NCBI GenBank assembly: GCA_951406725.2
Contig: OX597835.1
Location: 16,058,001-16,122,000 of the forward strand
Source: Octopus vulgaris
Lineage: Eukaryota
DNA: 64,000 nucleotides
Reading direction: 5' to 3'
In this document: positions 39,619-52,475 of the stretch, one piece after another
Numbering within the stretch: position 1 is the stretch's first letter
Layout of the letters: each line of letters begins with the position of its first letter
Notes under the pieces: generated by a model
The model's input: the letters and a program-made list of their open reading frames with translations, nothing else
Database searches by the model: none
What the model was told of the DNA's origin: nothing
Translations under genes and position numbers: made by a program

Positions 39619-40057
39619 TACAATGTTCTCATTTTTGTTACTAAAATAACTGGAGAAAATTCACATAAGGAACAAACACACTTTCACATACATATTCTTA
39701 ATCATACACAATTTGCAACGTTTGCCAGCTCTGTCTGACGCCTGTGCAGGTGGCACATAAAAAGCACCCACTACACTCATGGAGTGGTTGGCGTTAGGAA
39801 GGGCATCCAGCCGTAGAAACACTGCCAGATCTGACTGCGCCTGACGAAGCCTTCCAGCTTCACAGACCCCAGTTGAACCGTCCAACCCATGCTAGCATGG
39901 AAAGCGGACGCTAAATGATGATGATGATGATGATGATTAGACATAACTTGTTTGGGAACCTTTTGATGCCACCTCGTAAAGATGGATGAAATGCTGCTAA
40001 GCATTTTACCAAGTGTGCTAATGGTTCTGCCAGCTCACTGCCTAAATAATAATAATA

Positions 40058-40290
40058 GGCGGCGAGCTGGCAAAAACGGTAGCACGCCAGGCGAAATGCG
40101 TAGCCGTATTTCGTCTGCCGTTACGTTCTGAGTTCAAATTCCGCCGAAGTCGACTTTGCCTTTCATCCTTTCGGGGTCGATAAATTAAGTACCAGTTACG
40201 CACTGGGGTCGATGTAATCGACTTAATCCTTTTGTCTGTCCTTGTTTGTCCCCTCTGTGTTTAGCCCCTTGTGGGTAGTAAAGAAATAAA
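40058..40290 (+). mobile_element. tRNA-derived SINE family B
   Basis: GGCGGCGAGCTGGCA..GAGTTCAAATTCC..GCCTTTCATCCTTTCGGGGTCGATAAATTAAGTACCAG (resembles the MetaSINE central domain, from recall). Copies at 36.4k, 43.5k, 48.3k, 49.4k plus many diverged ones. Confidence 0.85.
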
Positions 40291-40295
40291 TAATA

Positions 40296-40657
40296 ACAAG
40301 AGCATTCAGAAAGCGCAAACCTCCGCCAAAGGAATACCAATGTTCTCTCAATGATTGGCCAGAAATGATTTTTTTAAATGAGAACATCTCAAACTTGACT
40401 GCTCTTACAAATGAGAATACTAAAAATGAACTTGACCGCTCTCAAAAATTAAGTCAAGAAATAGGAAAAATAATCCAGAATCCTTGTCCGGTACCAGATT
40501 GATCCCAAAATCTAATCAGTTTGTGTCAGTCATGAGGCCAAACATCCCTGAAAGTTTCATCAGAATCCATCAAGCGGTTCTTGAGATATCTTGTCCATGA
40601 ACAAACAAACAAATATGACTGAAAACAATACCTCTGCCTTCGCTAAGGTAGAGGTAA
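40296..40657 (+). mobile_element. Helentron/HINE-like non-autonomous element
   Basis: Subterminal CCTCCGCC near the 5' end and 3' hairpin ACCTCTGCCTTCGCTAAGGTAGAGGT; fragments at 38.85k and 54.35k. Confidence 0.5.
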
Positions 40658-41035
40658 TAATAATAATAATTTGGAATGGAATGTTCTGTAGAACTTCTAC
40701 AAAAAGTTTGTCTCTTAGGAACAGGAAAGATTATCAGAAAGGTTTTGAGCACTTGAAAGACTATTGAAAATTTGCTGGTATCTAAGGTTACAGGTAGTAG
40801 ATCGCTGCCCGCATAAATTCTATCAAGAATAAGACCAAACCTAAGTCAAGTGATAATAACAATAATAATTATGGATTGAGAAAACAGGTATAAAACCTAG
40901 ATTAGTGCAGCTCTAGAAAACAGTTTTATTAGGGACAGTTAGGATACTTAGGAAGTTTCTTGACATCTATAGTTACTTGTCATAGCTTGATGTCAGGAAT
41001 TTTTTTCAACAGCCTAATCTGTTGTGCATAAATGA

Positions 41036-41084
<49 letters not shown>

Positions 41085-41416
41085 GTCTCTAAAAGAAATG
41101 GAGAAACTTTCAAAATACAAAGACCTGGAAATAGAGGTAACCAGAATGTGGAATCTAAAAACAGAAACAATTCCTATCATAATAGGTGCATTAGGCATGA
41201 TAAAAAAATATTCAGACAAATACATAACAAAAACACCAGGACTTACAAACACATATAACATACAGAAAATTGCACTACTAGGCACTGCACACATCCTACG
41301 CAGAACACTTTCCATACAATAACCATCAGAGCATCACAACAAATCACAGCGCATACCTAAGGCACACAGAATTGCGCTCGGTAGTGAAGTGAATGCACGC
41401 TATAAAAATAAAACTA

Positions 41417-41420
<4 letters not shown>
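41085..41420 (+). mobile_element. R4/Dong-like non-LTR 3' fragment in (TAA)n
   Basis: EKLSKYKDLEIEVTRMWNLKTETIPIIIGALG (restriction-like endonuclease C-terminus); flanked on both sides by (TAA)n. Confidence 0.82.
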
Positions 41421-41467
<47 letters not shown>

Positions 41468-43733
41468 TGTTGTTGTTATTAAATAAAAAAGAAAAATGTT
41501 TTCTAATTTTTGTTTCGTTGAAGTTAGATATAGGATTGGTGGCTTATTTTTAATTTAACTTTCTAATTGAAAGTATTTAAACATACACAGTAATGATTTT
41601 AAGTGTTAGAACGAGAAATATCAATAACAAAATAAACAGAGAAACAGGACCATGAATTAATTATTATGGAGTCAAATTAATTTCTGTTAAGCAACAACAA
41701 TCAAAATTAATAATTAACTATTCAATGAATGTAAACTGTCCACCAAACTCTCATCATTCCGAACACTTTTTATTGAGTACAAGCTGATGAGGGGACATCA
41801 ACGTGGTTGCTTGGACTTGCTAGAAATAGAAGTCAAATGTGTCTCAGATCTCACTAAGGAACCATTTTTTTAAAACATATGAACCCCTTCGATTCCTGTG
41901 ATTTCAAATGAATTGTTTTACTCCTTATCGTTTGGATTACACTGTCACATGAAATTGTTTGTTTATTCACATTGTTTTGAATTAACCATGTATATTATCT
42001 CATAACTTCAAGAATTCAACGACGACATTGTAGGATAGGTGTGAGAGGCTGGATCTGGCAGGTCTGAACATAAATCAGGTTTGAATGTCTGAGCTGGATG
42101 TGACTGGTTCGACCCTTTGGCGTTCAGATTGCTCATCATCGTCATCGTTTAACGTCCGTTTTCCGCGCTAGCACGGGTTGGACAAAAATTTCTGGAGATG
42201 CTGGGGATTGAACCCGGGGCGTCAAACGTAATTCCCCATTCATTCACATTGTTTTGAATTAACCATGCATTATCTCATAACTTGAAGATTTCAATGATGT
42301 GATTGTTTATTGTTAGAATGACATTGCAGGCTAGGTGTGAGATGCTGGATCCGGCCAGATTGAACATGAAACAGAATATTTGGGCTGGATATGACTGGTT
42401 TAACCCTGTAGTATTCAAATTACTCTGTCAAATCTAATCCTTATTTATTCACACTGTTTTCAATTAAATCCTTCATTATCTCATAGCTTTGAGATTTCGA
42501 TGTAATTGTTTTATTCTTAGATTAACATTGTAGGGTAGGTACGAGAGGCCAGATCTGGTTGGTTTAATCCTTTAGCATTCAGATTACTCTGTCAAATGTA
42601 ATGCTTATTTGGTCCCATTGTTTTGAATTAATCTTGTAGCTTTGAGACTTCAATGATCATCATCATCATCATCATTTAGCGTCCGCTTTCCATGCTAGCA
42701 TGGGTTGGACGGTTCAACTGGGGTCTGGGAAGCCAGAAGGCCGCATCAGGCCCAGTCTGATCTGGCAGTGTTTCTACGGCTGGATGCCCTTCCTAACGCC
42801 AACCACTCCGTGAGTGTAGTGGGTGCTTTTTACGTGCCAGACGGAGCTGGCAAACGGCCACGGACGGATGGTGCTTTTTACATGCCACCGGCACGGGGGC
42901 CAGGCGAGGCTGGCAACGGCCACGATCGGATGGTGCTTTTTACATGCCACCGGCACGGGGGCCAGGCGAGGCTGGCAACAGCCGTTGAAGAATAGGTATG
43001 GGAGGTAAGATGTGGCTGATTTGAACATAAAACAGGCAGAAAATTTGGGGGCCGGATATGGCCAGTTTAAATGCTAAGAGTCAACCCTTTCGCATTCAGA
43101 TTACTCTGTCAAATGTAATCCTTATTTATTCGTATTGTTTTGAATTAAGTATTATGCTGTAGCTTCAAGATTTCAATGGGGCATTTGTATATTTTTAAAA
43201 TGACATTGTAGGATAGGTGTGAGAAGCTGAATCTGGCTGGTTTGAACATAACTCGGGTAGAATGTTATGGCTGGTTTAAAAAACTAAAGAGTTAACATGG
43301 AGTATTTGTGGAAAAAAAAGTGTGGCTGTGTGGTAAGAAGCTTGCTTCCCAACTACATGGTTGGTTCTGGGTTCAGTCCCACTGCATGGCGCCTTGGGCA
43401 AGTGACTTCTACTATAGCTTTGGGCTGACAAAAGCCCTGTGGGTGGATTTGGTAGACAGAAACTGAAAGAAGTTATGGCGGCGAGCTGGCAGAATCGTTA
43501 GCACAATGGGCGAAATGCTTAGCAGTATTTCGTCTGTCATTACGTTCTGAGTTCAAATTCCGCCGAGGTCGACTTTGCCTTTCATCCTTTCGGGGTCGAT
43601 TAAATAAGTACCAGTTACGCACTGGGGTCGATGTAATCGACTTAATCCGTTTGTCTGTCCTTGTTTGTCCCCTCTGTGTTTAGTCCCTTGTGGGCAGTAA
43701 AGAAATAAGAAACTGAAAGAAGCCTGTTATGTA

Positions 43734-44268
43734 TTAGGCTGAAGAAAAAGTTTGTGCGCCGTGTTAAAATAATACTTTTTTTTTATATATTTTTGTGATG
43801 TGTGTGTGTGTTCATTCAGTTCAGGTCAAGGCCAGTGGTGACTCACTGCTGAAAAATACCCAAGACTTGTTTGTGGAAAACATGCTTTGTTTCAACAAGA
43901 CAATGCAAAGCTGCATACCACCAGAAAGACCAGCATCAAGACAGAAGAAGTGGACAGTGGAGAAGTTCTGCCGCATCCAGCCTATAGTCCAGATGCTGCT
44001 CTGCCTGACTATGGTCTCTTCCGATCAATGCAGCACTTTATGAAAGGTCACCGGTTTGAGTCATTCGACAAAGTTGAAGAAACCTGCCAAGAATTTTTTG
44101 ATTCAAAGCTGAAGGATTGGTCCTTTGACCAAATCTGAAAGCTTGCAGATTCTTGGCAGAAGTTCGTGGAAAGTGATGGTCTTATTTTGAAGAATAGTTG
44201 TTCTTGAATAAATTCTTGCATAAAAACCATTATTTTAACACAGCGCACAAACTTTTTCCTCAACCTGG
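43734..44268 (+). mobile_element. Internally deleted mariner with both TIRs
   Basis: About 40-bp TIRs with TA flanks; QQDNA..H...LPHPAYSPD...DYGLFRSM catalytic-domain motifs. Confidence 0.9.
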
Positions 44269-44563
44269 TATGTATATATCATGTGTGTGTGTGTGTGTGT
44301 GTGTGTTTGTGTTTATGTGTGTCTTTCTTTCTCCCCACACCAGTGCTCAAGGACTGATGTTGGTGTGTTTACATCCCCATAACTTAGTGGTTCGGCAAAA
44401 GGGACCAATAGAATAAATACTAGGCTTACAAAGAATAAGTCCTGGGGTTGATTTTCTTTGACTAAAAAAAAAAACAATCAAGGTGGTGCTCCAGCATGGC
44501 CACAGTCAAATAACTGAAACAAGTTAAAGAATAGAAAAGAATAATGAAAAGTTTTGGACGTAC

Positions 44564-45358
44564 GTGGATCGACTGAAGAAGCTTCAGGAGTTGGACAGTT
44601 GACTTGTCCAAGCGATGGAGACGTTCCCTGCTTGTGGTGGTCACTGCTGTTTGCCTGCTGCTGACCATCACATTGACTGGACAAACTGATATCCTGAGAG
44701 TTGCTGGTCACTTTAGGGAGAGAGTCCTGAATAGGGTAAAAGTGGCTGTTTGCTGGGCTGTTGCTCAACGTTGCAGTCCTATTAGTTGTGGAGGAAGTGG
44801 TAGCCGAGTGGTTGCTGCCGTACCCTTTCTCGATATGAATAGGAACAGTCCGTTCGATAGCACCCCCTTTAACGGGGCCATATCTCCTACTTTCATTGAA
44901 ATCATAATCAACAGAGTACATTTGCCTTGAGCTGATACCTCCTGCCGAGGGGCGTAGTACTGCCCCGTTACTGAAAGCTGAAGGGGTACCCTGTGAGAGC
45001 GGAGCCCCACTGACTGCTCTGTGTATGCCACCCGTAGGAGCAGCAGCAGTCGTGGAACTGCCATCTGTTGTGCAATAGGGAGAACGAGAGGAAGGTAAGT
45101 CTTTGTTTGATTCCAGGCAAGCGACAGCACTATCGTAATAATGCTGGGCTGTGGTAGGGGCCAGAGCTGAAGTACGCCCACCACCACGGGGCGCTCGACT
45201 CATGCTGGCCATTGACACATGAGAAGAAGGAGGAGCAGGAACTGTCGTGTTGGCTTGCCTCTCGACTCCATACTGAGGTTGGTACGGATGCACACTGGCT
45301 TCCGTTATAGTAAGAGGCTGCAGAATTTTACGTGCATCCTTGAGACACCAGTTACTTT
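44564..45358 (-). CDS. OTUD7B: OTUD7/Cezanne-like deubiquitinase, first coding exon found in window (end of UBA-like region plus long low-complexity linker)
   Basis: Acceptor tttatttcctgttctttcAG at 45360-45359; open frame xSNWCLKDARKILQP...SSVDP; donor C|GTACGT at 44563. Phase 1/1, 795 nt, joins the next exon in frame. SNWCL resembles the KNWDV segment of the vertebrate OTUD7 UBA region. Confidence 0.75.
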
Positions 45359-45645
45359 CTGAAAGAACAGGAAATAAAAAAAAGACTTTTAGGTTTGCAA
45401 AATATGAAAAGAACTAAAAGATAATGACGGGCAATAATAATAATAATAATAATCATAATAATAATAATCATAATAATATTAATAATAATCATAATAATAA
45501 TAATGATAATCATAATAATATTAATAATAATCATAATAATATTAATAATAATCATAATCATAATAATATTAATAATAATCATAATAATATTAATAATAAT
45601 CATAATAATAATAATCATAATAATATTAATAATAATCATAATAAT

Positions 45646-45677
<32 letters not shown>

Positions 45678-45679
<2 letters not shown>

Positions 45680-46195
45680 GACCAGACATCATATTGAAAG
45701 ACTTCAAACAAAGAACATGCCTCCTCATTGATATGACTGTCCCAATCGATATAAACATATCTGTCAAGACCTACCAAAAACTGAGCAAATATAAAGATCT
45801 TGAAATAGAAATCAGCAAAATGTGGAACCTGAAGACTAAAACAATACCTGTTGTCATAGGTGCCCTGGGAATGATAGCAAAAGGGGCTGATTGCTACCTA
45901 ACTCAGATACCAGGAAACCCAAAAATGGCAGAAATTCAAAAGATAGTGCTCATGGGAACTGCTCATATCCTACGCAAAATACTTTCTATGTAATCTCAAG
46001 GTTTAAAACAAACATTTTTTTTCTTTTCTTTTTTTTTTTTTTTTTTTTAAGGCATTCACTAGTACAACACAAAAACAACCAAATATATGGCACACTAGGC
46101 ATAACAACAACGTGAACTTCCAACCTGTTGTCTCTTGAGGTCTCTGGGTGAGACTTAGAGCCAACTTGTACAAATATAAAGCAAAAGTCAAACAT
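45678..46195 (+). mobile_element. R4/Dong-like non-LTR 3' fragment in (TAA)n
   Basis: RPDIILKD...LIDMTVP...KLSKYKDLEIE..IPVVIGALG; flanked by (TAA)n. Confidence 0.87.
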
Positions 46196-46226
<31 letters not shown>

Positions 46227-46564
46227 TAATAATAATAAATATGAAAAGAACTAAAAGATAATGACAGGCAATAATGATAATAATAAATGCCCAGATGTAG
46301 TAGTACCAGGCAGTGGCTCTCATGGCTTCTGATCTTAACAGATTGTAAGAATTATCATGTACATTGTTTTGCTTTGGTACAAAAGATGGGCTACTCAAAG
46401 AAAATTCTAACTGGCCCCACCTGCAAGGTCATGCGCTGTTTATCTTGATATGAGATCACCATGTCGTGCACGCATGATTGTGATGCATGTGCCTGGTGTA
46501 CCCTTATCAGACTTTGTATATTTTTACCCCAGTGTCACTTTGATGGCATGCACTGCTTTCTCAC

Positions 46565-46609
<45 letters not shown>

Positions 46610-47689
46610 CCTTTGTACTATAGGCAAAAGGCCTGAAATTAGGGGGAGGGGACTAGTCGATTACATTGACCCCAGCACTTGACTAGTATTTATTACATCG
46701 ATCCTGAAAGGATGAAAGGCAAAGTCAACCTCGGCAGAATTTGAACTCAGAACATGAAGACGGATGAAATGCCATTGAACATTCCATCCGGTGTGCTAAC
46801 AATTCAGCCAGCTCGCTACCTTAAATATTAATAATAATAATGATAATATTAACAACATCCCTGCTAACTAAAGTAGCATTTAAATGCTTAATAATAATAA
46901 TGATAATAATAATAATGATAATAATAATAATAATAATAATACATTTTAACAGAGAAACAAAGCTGAATGCATGTAACAGTTGATTAGATTGAGTTTCAAT
47001 ATTTATTTAGTGATCCTGGAAGGACAGAACGTAAAGTCAACGCAAGTTTATAAATATATGTTATTTACTTTGGTAAGTAAATAGCAAAAGGACATTTTGT
47101 CTGTCACTATTGACGATGAAAATAATCTCAAATTTAGACCCAAGGCCATCAACTAAGGGTAGGAGAAGGGGGTTAGTTGACTGAATCTTGAGTGGTGAAG
47201 AGGGGGGAGGGATTCACTGTCAAGAAAAGGTTGGACAGTATTGAGAAAATAATTTCTAATTTAGACATAAAGCCAGAGATTTTGATGGGAAGGGATCACT
47301 TTTTTTTACTCAGGTATACATCACACCTGCCATCTAGTGTTAAATCATCCTCATCGTCATCATCATCATCATTTAAATGAGGTTTTCCATGCTGGTATGG
47401 GTTGGTTGGTTTGATAGGTGCTGGTAAGCAAGAGGACTGTGCCAAGTTCTACCATCAGCTTCAGTACTGTTTCTATAGCTGGATGCCCTTCCTATTGCCA
47501 ACTATTTTACAATGTATACTGGGTGCCTTTAATGTGGCACCAACACCGGTGGGGGTCACCAAGTGATATGCATAACAAAGACCCTTCAATTGAAGGAGGA
47601 GCAGTATTGAGGGAGGGGAATTTGTGCCAGGTGCTGAGAGGTTAATATTGGTATGTGCCCTGTATTACAGGGAATACAGCAAAGAATTG

Positions 47690-48030
47690 TGAAGGTGCAT
47701 GGCTCAGTGGTTGGAGCATCAGGCTCACAATCATAAGGTAGACAGTTCGATCCCTGGACTGGGCTGTGTGTTGTGTTCTTGAGCAAGATATTTTATTTCA
47801 CGTTCCAATTTGTTCACTCAGCTGTAGAAATGAGTTAAAGATGTCCCGAGTGCCAAGCCTTTGCTTTTCCCTTGGATAACATCAGTGGCATGAAGAGGGG
47901 GGGGGCTGGTATGCATGGGCAACTGTTGGCCTTTCATAAAAACAGCCTTGACTGGACTTATGCCTTGGAGGGAACTTTCTCCAAGGTGCAATCCCATGGT
48001 TATTCATAACTGAAAGGAGTCTTTACTTTT
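47690..48030 (+). mobile_element. tRNA-derived SINE (related copy about 59190-59530)
   Basis: GGTGCATGGCTCAGTGGTT..GTTCGATCCC head; body shared with the 59.2k copy. Confidence 0.7.
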
Positions 48031-49402
48031 ACAGAGAAGAGGTGAAGAATTAAAACATTTTTAGTTAGGTTGATGGGGTGGGGTGGGTGAGAAGGTGGGG
48101 TAGCAATTATGTCTTTGAGACTTTGGCAAGTAAGTGTGGCACTGGGCAGTTTACCAGCTTTTCTCAATTCCCAGGTAAATAAATTTTGGTCAGTCCCTCC
48201 TTCCTTAGAATCGACTGTTCATGTGAACTATACTGGTTTCAAATTTGGGAACGAGGCCGGCAATTCTGGGGGGAGGGGGGACAAGGAAATTACACCCCCC
48301 TTCCCCCAGTACTCAACTGGTACATATTTTAAGGCGGCAAGCTGGCAGAAACGTTAGCACGCCGGGCGAAATGCTTAGCAGTATTTCGTCTGCGTTATGT
48401 TGTGAGTTCAAATTCCGCCGAGGTCGACTTTGCCTTTCATCCTTTCGGGGTCGATAAATTAAGTACCAGTTACGCACTGGGGTCGATGTAATCGACTCAA
48501 TCCCTTTGTCTGTCCTTGTTTGTCCCCTCTGTGTTTAGCCCCTTGTGGGTAATAAAGAAATAGGTACATATTTTATCGACCCCCCCGAAAGGACGAAAGG
48601 CAAAGTCGACCTCAGCAGAACTTGAAGTCAGAACGTAAGGACGGATGAGATGCTGCTAAGCATTTTGCCCATCGTGCTAATGATTCAACCAGCTTGCCGC
48701 CTTATTCACGTAAACCATATTGTGACTGTATTTTAGTCACTGTTAGTCTCTTCATCAGTTGGTTCATTTAAGAAAGTTCATTTAAGAATGTGCCACCAGC
48801 GCCGCCTCAACTGGCTTCCGTGCCGGTGGCACATAAAATTCACCAATCCGACCGTGGCCGTTGCCAGCCTCGCCTGGCACCTGTGCAGGTGGCATGTAAA
48901 AAGCACCCACTACACTCACGGAGTGGTTGGCGTTAGGAAGGGCATCCAGCTGTAGAAACATTGCCAGATAAGACTGGAGCCTGGTGCAGCCTTCTGGCTT
49001 CCCAGATCCCCGGTCGAACCGTCCAACCCATGCTAGCATGGAGAACGGACGTTAAACGATGATGATGATGATGATAACATTTACAGCTGGGGATACTTCC
49101 ATTTTCTTCTAAGCAAAGAAATCTCACAAATATTTTTTTTATTTATTCGTTTTCGTTTCTTCTTCTTCTTTGTATTATTGCAAAACATTGATTCGTTTGA
49201 GGCTACAACCAAAATGAAGACAATCTTCAGATATTGGGCTTCATTGTTGCTGCCAAACCAAAGATAAGGAAAACAAAGAATATTTGCAAGCGGCATGACA
49301 AAGACACAGGCAACGTTGTGCGGTTAAGAAGCGTGTTTTGCAACCACATGGTCTCAGGTTCAGTTCCACTCTGTGGCAGCGTGGGTGTAACTGTCTTCTA
49401 AT

Positions 49403-50000
49403 ACCTATTTCTTTACTACCCACAAGGGGCTAAACACAGAGAGGACAAACAAGGACAGACAAGCAGATCAAGTCGATTACATCAACCCCAGTGCGTAACT
49501 GGTACTTAATTTATCAACCCCGAAAGGATGAAAGGCAAAGTCGACCTCGGCGGAATTTGAACTCAGAACGTAGCGGCAGACGAAATACCTATTTCTTTAC
49601 TACCCACAAGGGGCTGAACAGAGAGAGGACAAACAAGGACAGACAAACGGATCAAGTCGATTACATCGACCCCAGTGCGTAACTGGTACTTAATTTATCG
49701 ACCACGAAAGGCTGAAAGACAAAGTCGACCTCGGCGGAATTTGAACTCAGAACGTAGCGGCAGACGAAATACCTATTTCTTTACTACCCACAAGGGGCTA
49801 AACACAGAGAGGACAAATAAGGACAGACATAGGTGTTAAGTCGATTACATCGACCCCAGTGCATAACTGGTACTTAATTTATCGACCCCGAAAGGATGAA
49901 AGGCAAAGTCGACCTCGGCGGAATTTGAACTCAGAACGTAACGACAGACGAAATACGGCTACGCATTTCACCCGGCGTGCTAACGTTTCTGCCACCTTGC
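49403..50000 (-). mobile_element. SINE family B tandem trimer
   Basis: One full copy followed by two head-truncated units of about 184 bp. Confidence 0.9.
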
Positions 50001-51349
50001 CACCCTGTCTTCTAATACAGCCCTTGGCAAACCAATGTCTTGTGAGTGAATTTGGTAGATGGAAACTACGAAAAGCCCATCATACATACACAAGCGCGTG
50101 CGTGTTTTCCACACCTCTGCTTGACAACCAGTGTTGGTTTGTTTACATCCCTGAAACTTAATTCAGCAAAAGCGCTCGATAGGATAAGCACCAGGTAAAC
50201 AAATATTTACCAGGCCAATTTGCTCAACTAAACCCCTTCAAAGAAATGCTCCAGTATGGTCTGAGTCCAACAATTGAAACAAGTAAAAGGTAGAAAATTC
50301 AGTAAAGTGGTTAGGACCATATGAAACAAGACTCCAAGGTAGACTTGGCCAGTGGGCAAATCCAACCCACAGCTTACTGCCCTCGCTCTAGAATGAAAGG
50401 GAGTGAAGGCGCAGGGTCTCGTGACCAGGGTGTTGCGCTCACAACCCTAACATTGTGATTTCCTGGACTGGGTGGTGCACTGTGTTCATTTCACCCTGTT
50501 TCAGTTCACTCTGTTGTAAATGAGTTCCAGCAAAAGCTGGGAAATTAGCCCTGGGATGGACTGGTGTACTATCCAGGGGCAGTGGGTGGTAGTGTTGTGA
50601 TTGCAGTCACTTGTATGCCATAGGAACCGGGTGGAAGATCAGGCTTTATGAGTCATTGGGTTTGTAGAGTTTGTAGAGTGTGGTAGGCGGAGGCAGGGAA
50701 CCATAGCGGTCTATAGTGAAGAGAGGCAGGGAATCACAAAAAACTGTAATAAAAGAGGGACAAGGAACCATAGTGGTCCATAGTAAAAGAGGCAGGGAAT
50801 CATAGTAGAATATAGTGAAGAGAGGCAGGGAATCATAGTAGAGAGTGGTGGGGGAAGAGGCAAGGAATTGTTAAGCAATGTGCTATGATCACAATACCAG
50901 CTTAGTGAAATAATTAAAATGAGGTTATTGCAGTGTTTAATGAGAGAGAAAGAGAGAGAGAGAGAGACAGACAGACAAACAAACAAAGAGAGAGAGAGAG
51001 AACTAAATATTAGTTGTGTCTTGTAAAGTAAATAACTTTATAGACTTCTAATAACAGATGTAAATGAAAACTGTGGCATAAGGAGGAGAGAAAATCAGAA
51101 AATGCAACAAAACACACACACACACACACACAATTATGGGTTTTATTTTAAAAATATATGAGAAAGAAAGAGGGAGTGTATGTGTGTGTGTGTGAAATAG
51201 AGAGAGCAAAAAAGTGAAAGAATTAGATTTTGAAGTAGCATTTCAACAATGTCATTAAATTAATCTGTAGATTCTTTACTGAAGATGAAGATGTTTCTAA
51301 AGAAGGCCAGGCATCATGGCACAGCTAAGGGTAGATACTGTGGCATAAT

Positions 51350-51883
51350 TTAGGCCAGAGGTGAGTACTAAGGCCGGAGGTGAGTGCTAAGACCGGAGGT
51401 GAGTGCTGAGGCCGGAGGTGAGTGCTAAGGCCGGAGGTGAGTGCTAAGGCCAGAGGTGAGTGCTAAGGCCGAAGGTGAGTGCTAAGGCCGAAGGTGAGTG
51501 CTAAGGTCGGAGGTGAGTGCTAAGGTCGGAGGTGAGTGCTAAGGCCGGAGGTGAGTGCTAAGGCAGGAGGTGAGTGCTAAGGTCAGAGGTGAGAGCTAAG
51601 GTCGGAGGTGAGTGCTAAGGTCGGAGGTGAGTGCTAAGGTCAGAGGTGAGTGCTAAGGCCGGAGGTGAGTGCTAAGGCCAGAGGTGAGTGCTAAGGCCAG
51701 AGGTGAGTGCTAAGGCCGGAGGTGAGTGATAAGGCCGGAGGTGAGTGCTAAGGCTGGAGGTGAATGCTAAGGCCAGAGGTGAATGCTAAGGCCGGAGGTG
51801 AGTGCTAAGGCCGGAGGTGAGTGCTAAGGTCGGAGGTGAGTGCTAAGGTCGGAGGTGAGTGCCAAGGTCGGAGGTGAGTTCCA
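51350..51883. repeat. 19-bp minisatellite, about 28 copies
   Basis: Unit CTAAGGCCGGAGGTGAGTG. Confidence 0.97.
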
Positions 51884-52475
51884 AGAAATCTTAATTTCAA
51901 ATTCTCAAAGATTTCACAGTAATTTCACTGCCGCAGTCACAAACAACAGAATTAATTATTAGCAATTAACTCAGTTGTAATTAAAATATATAATTATCAG
52001 TATTTAATTATTGTTGTACTAAATTATTTGTAATGCGTAATTTAAAAGATTAAAATGCTTCAGAGAGTGCACGAACGAAGGAAACAGTTTGGAGTCCACA
52101 TGGAATTGTCAGAAGATTCGGCAACAATGATAAGAGTTCAATAAATCTTGATTAATTAATTAACAGCAGCTTTAATTAAAGTGAAGAAACTACTATACAA
52201 GTATAGGCCAGCCATAGAATTAGTTTATTGTAATGTTGTGGTGTATGGTAGAGGTGTGATGCTTGGTGATTGGTGGCATGTGATCTGAGATAACCAGAGT
52301 CAAAAATATTTAGGCTTTGAATTCTATTTAAATATGGCTATGAGCTATTGTTTTAATGATTTTGTTTATTGAGAACAGAGAATGTGGATAACTGAATAAT
52401 TAGAAGTTTACAGTAGTGAAGCTTAGCAGTTAGAAGTCTTGTATCCTCTCATTGTTACTACATTGCCACACACTT

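Noticed and set aside
41784-41830. CTGATGAG as a hammerhead core
   Set aside because: No stem II and no GAAAC/stem III downstream.
50378-50387. Possible 10-nt micro-exon (ttctAG|AGCGAGGGCA|GTAAG) on the minus strand
   Set aside because: No protein similarity; such matches are expected by chance and it abuts a SINE head.
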